Assembly (NCBI GenBank): GCA_030324005.1
Contig: JARDVH010000073.1
Span: 39,108,983-39,169,119, forward strand
DNA length: 60,137 bases
From: Negaprion brevirostris
Taxonomy: Eukaryota
Direction: 5' to 3'
Shown here: piece by piece, positions 55,201 to 60,137 of the stretch
Layout of the letters: each line of letters begins with the position of its first letter
Numbering within the stretch: position 1 is the stretch's first letter
Made by a program: the position numbers and the translations under genes
Notes under the pieces: generated by a model
What the model saw: the letters and a program-made list of their open reading frames with translations, nothing else
Told to the model about the DNA's origin: nothing
Databases searched by the model: none

Positions 55201-58200
55201 CATCCCCGGACACTAGGAGCAGCGTGGCCAATTAACCTGACCCTCATCTTTGAGCTTTGTTCCTTATTTGGACAGATTGTCACGATTTCTTCTCATGGCC
55301 AAATCAATATCAAGACAGCATTTTAATTCTCAACTAAATGGTCCTCTGGATTCCAAATTTGGAAACTCAAGTGATGAAGTTAGACTGACAGATTAGTATT
55401 GGCTGCTAAAATTGATTGAGTGCTTTCCATTAAATAATAAAGCAATCCACAGCATACCTGTGCTTGATTAAAGCAAGCAGCTACCTGGGCTTTTACAGTC
55501 TCCAATCCTTGATCACCTTCAGGCTCCCCACTTGGATCTTCACTCAGCATTTCATCAGCCTTCTCAATAATTTCCCTTACTTGGTCAATAAATGATTCCC
55601 TCTCAGCCTCCAGGATAAACTCATTTTGAACCTGTATCAAAGACGACCACAGATGATCCTGACAATTCATACCATATACAATGTTGTAATCTTAATAGTT
55701 AAGGGTACAAATATTAATGAAAATAATTCTGTATTTCTATTTTAGGGAACAAAATCAGTTCACTTTCACTTTGAGGAGCGTACAGGCATATCAAAGGTAA
55801 AACATAAGCATACTAATCTCAAGTAAATAGAACAATTCATATTGAGGTTCTATATAAACCTCATCAAATGGTACACAGGAGAAAGCCATTCAGTCCACCA
55901 TGCCAAGGCTGGGTCTTTGATAAAACTATTCAATTAATCCTATTCCCCAGTACCATTGATTTTTTTTCTCCCTTAAAGCATTTATTTATTTCCATTTTGA
56001 AAATTACTATTTGATCTGCTTCCACCTCCCTTTCAAAGCAAATCATTACAACATGCTATACAAGTTAGTATGCTCAAGTTGTCCCTTGTTCTTTTACCAT
56101 TGCACAAATTTACCACTGGGACAGTTCTAATTTTTATTCTATCAAAAGAGTCAATTTTGGACACCTCAAACCTTGTCATAACCTTCTCTGCTCTAAGAAG
56201 AACCACCCCTTCTGCATATAAATTCAACTTCCATCTCCAGTGCGATGTAATAAACATTGTGCATTCATTTAATTTTTCTTGTTGTGAATTTAACCTACCT
56301 CCCAATCACAAAATCAGCATTTTATTCAACAGCACACTTTAAACCCTCAAGAAATTTTAATGATTTGTACTCACCATGATAAATGCTATCTCAATTGGAT
56401 TATCACCATCCAAGTCAAATTTAAAAGTAACCATTTTTCGATTGTGTGTTTCCAATTGGCATTCCACAACCCGGTCTCCTTTGTTTGAAACCTAAAAATG
56501 AAATGTAATATATTACTGTGTATTCAGCTTGAGAAAAATATACAATCAGGCTAAAAAATTGGTGTTGCATGCTTCACTTGATCCTTCAACTAATCCTCCA
56601 AATTCTTTACTTTCAACATATCTGAACAATAGATACTTACATTAAGAATTCGTAGCTTTGGGCGAGATGATTTTTCGTGACGTGAACGACTTCTCACAGA
56701 TTTCCGATAATGCCGCTTTGCTGATCTCCCTTCATGTCTCCCACTTGCTGGAAGGCCTTCATTTCCATCACTCATCCCAGAAGCAACATCTGAGTGAGCA
56801 CTGGAAATTACAAAACAACAGCTAGGTAAATCTTTAAACATGGTTTTTTGGGAAGAATATTTCATTTAAAATACAACATGTTTCCAAAATAAAGAACCAT
56901 CAAATATCTTAGTACCTGAAAAATATAAATATTTGGTCAATTTTGGTTTTTAGTTTTCATCAGAATTGACCACATTGTGCTAAAGGAACCACACCTAAAA
57001 CACTGACATCAATTTTCATGACTTGATGACCTGCACCACACTTCTAATAATTTCTGTTTTAATTTCATATTCTAATCACTTGTAACTATTGCTTTTTTAA
57101 AAAAAATTACTCCATCCAAAAAAAATTCAAATTGAATTCAATTCATGGTCCCTCGAGGGACAAACAAGATCCAAGCTGATAAGATGAGGTTGCCACCCAT
57201 TTTAGGCTTGATCTCATGCTTCATCCTAGCCCAAAAGCTGAAACAGCTTTGAAAGGTTTGTGGTTAAAACAATTCCAGAAATTAAACAAGGATGTAGGAA
57301 AGGCGAGACAGTACAGTTACTTCGAAGACAGACTGCCTGCTGGAGGAGAATGCAAAGCGAGACTGCCTGTAGTGGAGAAGGGAGGGAGCAAAGCAAGACT
57401 CCCACCTGGATTGAGGGCTGAAGCCAAGGAGACTTCGGCACGAGGAGAGTGGACGGCACAGTAACACAGGGGTTAACACTGCTGCTTCACAGCTCCAGGG
57501 ACCTGGATTCGATTCCCGGCTTGGATCACTGTCTGTGGAGTTTGTACATTCTCCTCGTGTCTGCATGGGTTTCCTCCAGATGCTCCACTTTCCTCCCACA
57601 GTCCAAAGNNNNNNNNNNNNNNNNNNNNNNNNNNNNNNNNNNNNNNNNNNNNNNNNNNNNNNNNNNNNNNNNNNNNNNNNNNNNNNNNNNNNNNNNNNNN
57701 NNNNNNNNNNNNNNNNNNNNNNNNNNNNNNNNNNNNNNNNNNNNNNNNNNNNNNNNNNNNNNNNNNNNNNNNNNNNNNNNNNNNNNNNNNNNNNNNNNNN
57801 NNNNNNNNNNNNNNNNNNNNNNNNNNNNNNNNNNNNNNNNNNNNNNNNNNNNNNNNNNNNNNNNNNNNNNNNNNNNNNNNNNNNNNNNNNNNNNNNNNNN
57901 NNNNNNNNNNNNNNNNNNNNNNNNNNNNNNNNNNNNNNNNNNNNNNNNNNNNNNNNNNNNNNNNNNNNNNNNNNNNNNNNNNNNNNNNNNNNNNNNNNNN
58001 NTCATGCACTTACTCTAGCTAGTTCCCCTGACACTAAGGGGCAATTTAGCATGGCCAATTCACCTAACCCGCACATCTCTGGACTGTGGAAGGAAACTGG
58101 AGCACCCAGAGGAAACCCCTGCAGACACAGGGAGAACATGCAAACTCCACACAGTGACCCAAGCCCGGAATCGAATCCAGGTCCCTGGCACTGAGGCAGC

Positions 58201-59511
58201 AGTGCCAACCACTGCACCACCGTGACTCCTAAGAATTATTTTTTAAATTGAATGTTTCATGGCTTGTCCGGGATTTGAATCCAGGACCTCTCACATTTTA
58301 ATACAATGACCCCAAGCAGGAATCGTACCCTTGGCCCAACGAGCCAACAGCTTATTGCTATGTCAGAAACAGGCAACTACCTTGAACATGCCAACCTCAA
58401 GCTTCACATTTATCAAAGAACACAATCAAGTAAAACATTTCTATTCAAAGTGAGTTGTGCCTTGGTGTATAATTGTTGGAATGTGCCGAAAGTACATGAA
58501 ACAATTAACCATTTGTGCCTACATGTGCAGCATACAGGCTCAACAAATCACCATGGGAATCAAAAGTCTTTTTTAAAGATAAATTCAAAATCATCACCTG
58601 TCCACTGAGGAACACAATTGTAACTATTCTGCAGGTAGTGTCTGAGAGAGAGGGACTGCCTACAGGCGGGAGAAATAGGAAAGATATTGGAACAGAAACT
58701 GTCCACTGGAGCGGAGGAGGGGCCAACTGGGAAAGGGCATCTGGCTGGGAAGAGGGCACAGGGCAGCTGGCTGGAGAGTGTGATCGTGAATGAGAGCAGG
58801 ATGAGTGCTTTAGCCCTACACAGACATACTAACTCTCAGTTAAGATGAGCGAGCACCAAGGAACTATGAATGCAGCAGAATTCCTCATTCTCACCCAAAT
58901 ATTATCTTCATTAAATACTTTTCTTAAAATCAATTTATCGCTTCAATTTTTATTTAGTTCACTAGATTGTTTCCTTTCTTTTTATGTCCTTCAAACGTGT
59001 TCCACCATTTAATAAGATTACAGCTGACCTGCTGTTAACTCTATGGAAATTTTAATTAACACAAGGTTAGAAACGCTGAGTATTTCCAAATGAATTGGTA
59101 TTCCTCGGCTTCACAGGCCATATGCAGAGTTGGAACAGTCTGGTCCTCTGATAGTTCCATCTGCAGGTTGCTTACACCATTCAAATGAAATCTTGTAATG
59201 CAATGTCGGTTGGAAACAAAAACTACATTTGGGAAAATTGCTATGTCAGAAATAGATAATTACCATGAACCTTCCAATTTCAAGCTTCACATTTATCAAA
59301 GAGCACAATCAAGTAACACATTCCTATATAAAATGAGTTGTGCCTTGGAATGTGCCAAAGCCATTTGTGTCTATAGGTGCAGCACACTGATCTCAAAAAA
59401 TCATCACAGGAATCAAAAGTCTTTTAAAAATAAATTTAAAAATCACCTGTCCACTGAGGAGCACAGTTGTAACTGTTCCGCAGGTAACGTCTGTGGAGGA
59501 GCCTGTGGCAC
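9926..59511 (-). CDS. WNK1: Serine/threonine-protein kinase WNK1, 3' portion (exons 13-28 in human numbering plus 26a/26b); 5' exons and kinase domain lie outside the window
   Basis: Spliced translation gives WNK1 motifs in order: [115 protein letters not shown] and C-terminal [11 protein letters not shown]. All introns are GT-AG with compatible phases. Confidence 0.97.
11066..11262 (-). CDS. WNK1: WNK1 exon 27 (197 nt), TTSTNAVSG...[43 protein letters not shown]
   Basis: ttatccag acceptor, gtaagt donor; conserved C-terminal amphipathic helix. Confidence 0.95.
11699..11917 (-). promoter_or_regulatory. Cluster of four TGCATG (RBFOX-binding) motifs downstream of exon 26b
   Basis: Plus-strand catgca at 11699, 11790, 11855 and 11912. 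Confidence 0.65.
12400..12855 (+). mobile_element. CR1-type LINE 3' end
   Basis: cataagacattagttggacctcatctg...tgtgtccagttctagg; gagctgaatggcctccttctg tail. Confidence 0.75.
13342..13383 (-). CDS. WNK1: WNK1 alternative exon 26b (42 nt), (R)[13 protein letters not shown]
   Basis: ttctttag acceptor, gtaatt donor; symmetric phase 1; matches recalled mammalian 26b peptide [14 protein letters not shown]. Confidence 0.9.
18285..18356 (-). CDS. WNK1: WNK1 alternative exon 26a (72 nt), (G)[23 protein letters not shown]
   Basis: TACTAAC branch motif at 18406-18412, long pyrimidine tract, catag acceptor, gtacgc donor; symmetric phase 1; matches recalled mammalian 26a peptide [23 protein letters not shown]. 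Confidence 0.9.
20115..20450 (-). mobile_element. Deu-domain SINE (SacSINE1/AmnSINE1-like)
   Basis: Minus strand core cagattatctggtcattatcacattactgtttgtgggagctgcttg and tail gtgaaaggaactatataaaatgcaa. Confidence 0.75.
20495..20790 (+). mobile_element. CR1-type LINE 3' end
   Basis: tttttcacccaaagagtggtgggaatctggaac ([11 protein letters not shown]). Confidence 0.8.
20900..21165 (+). mobile_element. L2-type LINE 3' tail
   Basis: ccttaaaacctacctctttgaccaagct (LKTYLFDQA) and ctgtgaaagtccttgggac...tatataaat tail. Confidence 0.65.
21728..21890. mobile_element. Short Penelope-like element remnant with inverted termini and a hammerhead core
   Basis: Arms aagtctcacaacaacaggttcaagtccaac and gttggactttaacctggtgttgagagactt; flanking direct repeat tcacattttattg at 21715-21727 and 21888-21900; same family as 47944-48545. 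Confidence 0.75.
22730..23060 (-). mobile_element. tRNA-derived SINE with LINE-related tail (copies at 33580-33890 and 35365-35705)
   Basis: Shared ctaaaggacattagtgaaccagatgggtttt and tgggattcaaac (B-box) blocks across the copies. Confidence 0.75.
23545..23678 (+). mobile_element. LINE 3' tail fragment (family also at 48690-49017)
   Basis: ggactacagcggttcaagaaggcagctcac...gggcaactagggataggaaataaatactggcc. Confidence 0.65.
24302..24496 (-). CDS. WNK1: WNK1 exon 26 (195 nt), [11 protein letters not shown]...[30 protein letters not shown](G)
   Basis: tttgcag acceptor, gtaaga donor; 87-nt preceding intron. Confidence 0.93.
24584..24786 (-). CDS. WNK1: WNK1 exon 25 (203 nt), [47 protein letters not shown]...
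   Basis: tttcag acceptor, gtaggt donor; C-terminal coiled coil. Confidence 0.95.
25315..25825 (+). mobile_element. CR1-type LINE 3' end, same subfamily as 75-660
   Basis: ORF 25260..25736 [13 protein letters not shown]...[22 protein letters not shown]; ctatgactctatgac tail. Confidence 0.9.
25920..26710 (-). mobile_element. CR1-type LINE fragment with internal deletions
   Basis: [11 protein letters not shown] and IHFGRS motifs in minus-strand ORFs. Confidence 0.8.
27543..28240 (-). CDS. WNK1: WNK1 exon 24 (698 nt) with RFQV and RFSV motifs and the start of the C-terminal coiled coil
   Basis: tttgtag acceptor, gtaggt donor; [44 protein letters not shown]. Confidence 0.95.
29035..29415 (+). 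mobile_element. Deu-domain SINE
   Basis: gatgtaaaaaaaatcccatggca, gagattatctggac, tttcctacgttacaacaatg, taaagtgctttgagatgtc...actatataaat. Confidence 0.7.
30278..30438 (-). CDS. WNK1: WNK1 exon 23 (161 nt), [10 protein letters not shown]...[11 protein letters not shown]
   Basis: actttag acceptor, gtaaga donor; GVVKMGRFQ|V matches human GVFKMGRFQV. Confidence 0.9.
30785..31440 (-). mobile_element. CR1-type LINE 3' end
   Basis: ggaacaggagtaggtcattcagtccatcgagcctgctcc tail; ccaaaaactgcacatagaactccaggtg. Confidence 0.75.
31604..31676 (-). CDS. WNK1: WNK1 exon 22 (73 nt), [24 protein letters not shown](G)
   Basis: ttttatcaaag acceptor, gtaaga donor; the phase 0 to 1 change is needed to join exons 21 and 23; peptide poorly conserved. 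Confidence 0.75.
32258..33570 (+). mobile_element. SINE-type head followed by a decayed LINE ORF2 (RT) fragment
   Basis: [16 protein letters not shown], gctcagtttgggttc (AQFGF), AVLDIKTA. Confidence 0.75.
33580..33890 (-). mobile_element. tRNA-derived SINE
   Basis: Close paralog of 22730-23060. Confidence 0.75.
34058..34153 (-). CDS. WNK1: WNK1 exon 21 (96 nt), [32 protein letters not shown]
   Basis: ctccag acceptor, gtgagc donor; matches human SQQPLEDLDAQLRRTLSPE. Confidence 0.92.
34508..34770 (-). mobile_element. HE1-type elasmobranch SINE (internally deleted)
   Basis: gcacatctttggactgtgggaggaaaccggagcacctggaggaaac...gcagacacagggagaatgtgcaaactc. Confidence 0.85.
35055..37400 (-). mobile_element. 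Decayed CR1-type LINE with nested SINE (35365-35705) and short Penelope-derived insert (35851-35950)
   Basis: acagaatcacagaatgg tail; LYPALIQPQ; tgtcatttgcaaatttt (KFAND on minus). Confidence 0.65.
37680..40300 (-). mobile_element. Long, heavily decayed LINE (probably L2) with a Deu-SINE tail inserted at about 39400-39570
   Basis: Purine-rich plus strand with [11 protein letters not shown]-like endonuclease remnant; no intact ORF. Confidence 0.5.
40989..41090 (-). CDS. WNK1: WNK1 exon 20 (102 nt), [34 protein letters not shown]
   Basis: ttgtag acceptor, gtgcaa donor; [15 protein letters not shown] matches human. Confidence 0.9.
41909..43317 (-). CDS. WNK1: WNK1 exon 19 (1409 nt), large Ser/Thr/Pro/Gln-rich low-complexity exon
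   Basis: Within 480-aa ORF 41900..43342; [24 protein letters not shown] and [19 protein letters not shown]; ttacag acceptor, gtaagt donor. Confidence 0.95.
43480..45500 (-). mobile_element. Decayed CR1-type LINE fragments
   Basis: catcatctgcaaact (FADD on minus), aacaccttttcaaagtc (DFEKVF). Confidence 0.55.
46168..46302 (-). CDS. WNK1: WNK1 exon 18 (135 nt), [44 protein letters not shown]; RFxV motif
   Basis: gagtag acceptor, gtatgg donor; conserved [22 protein letters not shown]. Confidence 0.93.
47012..47069 (-). CDS. WNK1: WNK1 exon 17 (58 nt), [19 protein letters not shown](G)
   Basis: tgtttag acceptor, gtaagt donor; phase 0 to 1 bridges exons 16 and 18. Confidence 0.85.
47944..48545 (+). 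mobile_element. Penelope-like element fragment (GIY-YIG C-terminal region, inverted terminal repeat)
   Basis: [39 protein letters not shown]; inverted arms 47980-48020 and 48507-48545; mutated hammerhead at 48454-48488. Confidence 0.8.
48690..49017 (+). mobile_element. LINE 3' end
   Basis: cagcactttccaaacccac, ggactgcagtggttcaagaag, caataaatcctggcc...aagaatgaataaaaa. Confidence 0.7.
49135..51150 (-). mobile_element. Decayed CR1-type LINE
   Basis: [13 protein letters not shown] in ORF 50311..50529; tcatcagcaaatttt. Confidence 0.75.
51755..52700 (-). mobile_element. Decayed LINE (same family as 32470-33570)
   Basis: [19 protein letters not shown] in ORF 52155..52370. Confidence 0.72.
53905..54111 (-). 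mobile_element. CR1-type LINE 3' end running into an assembly gap
   Basis: agaacataagaagtaggaacaggagtaggccatc...gccattcaataagatcatggctgatc. Confidence 0.8.
55095..55250 (-). mobile_element. HE1-type SINE 3' fragment
   Basis: cagtgcaggaggcagtcattcagcccactgagtctgcaccgacc; paralogous to 34520-34670. Confidence 0.65.
55458..55631 (-). CDS. WNK1: WNK1 exon 16 (174 nt), [32 protein letters not shown]...NQAQ
   Basis: atacag acceptor, gtatgc donor; within ORF 55380..55670. Confidence 0.93.
56375..56491 (-). CDS. WNK1: WNK1 exon 15 (117 nt), [39 protein letters not shown]; second CCT-like (PF2-like) domain
   Basis: ttttag acceptor, gtgagt donor; manual translation (not in the ORF track). Confidence 0.95.
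56641..56800 (-). CDS. WNK1: WNK1 exon 14 (160 nt), [53 protein letters not shown]
   Basis: ttccag acceptor, gtaagt donor, near-identity to recalled human peptide. Confidence 0.95.
57451..57608 (+). mobile_element. HE1-type SINE, 5' part, runs into a gap
   Basis: ggcacagtaacacaggggttaacactgctgcttcacagctccagggacctggattcgattcccggc tRNA-like head; gggtttcctccagatgctccactttcctcccacagtccaaag core. Confidence 0.9.
58002..58226 (-). mobile_element. HE1-type SINE, inverted relative to 57451-57608
   Basis: Minus-strand head cacggtggtgcagtggttggcactgctgcctcagtgccagggacctggattcgattccggg. Confidence 0.9.
58260..58345 (-). pseudogene. tRNA-Pro-derived pseudogene (anticodon reads GGG) with a 14-nt intron-like insert
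   Basis: GGCTCGTTGGGCCAAGGGTACGATTCCTGCTTGGGG[TCATTGTATTAAAA]TGTGAGAGGTCCTGGATTCAAATCCCGGACAAGCCA; 60/72 identical by hand to recalled vertebrate tRNA-Pro after removing the insert. Confidence 0.85.
58354..58644. repeat. Diverged direct duplicate of 59237-59493 (3' part of exon 13 plus start of intron 13)
   Basis: Shared blocks attgctatgtcagaaa, tcaagcttcacatttatcaaaga, tgagttgtgccttgg, ggaatcaaaagtctttt, atcacctgtccactgagga. Confidence 0.92.
59447..59511 (-). CDS. WNK1: WNK1 exon 13-equivalent (65 nt), [21 protein letters not shown](S)
   Basis: Acceptor cttttag with CACTAAC branch motif at 59529-59535; donor AG|gtgatt; phase-2 end joins the next exon to give SSVDSAHSD as in human WNK1. Confidence 0.85.
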
Positions 59512-60137
59512 CTAAAAGCATTAAAAGTGTTAGTGATTACAGACATCCCAAAGTAAAATGAACAAAGATGAACATTTTCTTCTAATGTCGCAATCTTAAC
59601 GTTACATCGCAAACATGCATTCCACAGAAATAATCTCCCTCCATTTGTTCAGTTCTGCCTTTCATGAGCCCTATGCTACTGCTCAAACAAAATGGAAGCC
59701 AAGCAGCCTTCTTCCTAGCAATGTTTTCAAGGAGGAAATAGAAGGAAAAACAGAGGAATGTCTATGGGTGAGGCTGGGAGGGTTGGAGAAGGTGGGAAAA
59801 GTCAATGACACAGAGATACATTGATTTTTGTTTGAAGGGTGTTCTGGTATTTTTCCAGGTGCTCTGGGGATTGAATTCCACAAGTTTGTCCATTGTTTCT
59901 GTGGCATTTTACACCAGTTAATGGTCTGTACCATTATAATAGATAGTTGGTGAAAAACAGATTTTTCATGACAAATAAGTCGATCAGTGGAAAAAGGCCA
60001 AATTGTCTTGACACTATCAAACAGGGATCTGGAATGGACAAGCAGCAGAAATGTGGTTTGGAAAACTAGCTCAACAAAAAAAAAATACCATTTTCAGAAA
60101 TATAACAGCCGGATTCAGTCAGCAATCAAACAAAGCT

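Noticed and set aside
57328-57412. Three short imperfect repeats (agactgcctg...gcaaagc)
   Set aside because: Degenerate minisatellite of 30-36 nt units in a eukaryotic intron; not a CRISPR array and no cas genes
58505-58793. Pro/Ser-rich [20 protein letters not shown]... resembling WNK1 low-complexity sequence
   Set aside because: It crosses the duplicated exon piece in the wrong frame and has no phase-compatible splice sites; exon 13 at 59447-59511 already fills this position
9926-59511. Assignment to WNK2, WNK3 or WNK4 instead of WNK1
   Set aside because: The C-terminus [11 protein letters not shown], the exon 14-16 peptides and the exon sizes match WNK1

Overview
Vertebrate genomic DNA with scaffold gaps, almost certainly from an elasmobranch (shark): it carries HE1-type SINEs, Deu-domain SINEs, CR1/L2 LINE relics and Penelope-like elements. 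The window holds the 3' half of WNK1 on the minus strand. I traced 16 exons matching human exons 13-28 with consistent GT-AG boundaries and phases, the two small alternative exons 26a and 26b, and a TE-free 3' UTR of about 3.2 kb. The kinase domain lies upstream, outside the window. Most notable observations: (i) a local duplication of exon 13 that now looks like a poison pseudo-exon; (ii) a decayed tRNA-Pro with a 14-nt insert at the canonical intron position; (iii) a Penelope-derived minimal hammerhead core in the sense strand of intron 26; (iv) exons 26a/26b with RBFOX motif clusters and a possible alternative C-terminus by 26a read-through; (v) seed sites for miR-192 and miR-200b/429 in the 3' UTR. 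There is no evidence of prokaryotic systems or CRISPR. Exon numbering and human comparisons come from recalled WNK1 sequence, and repeat boundaries are approximate.
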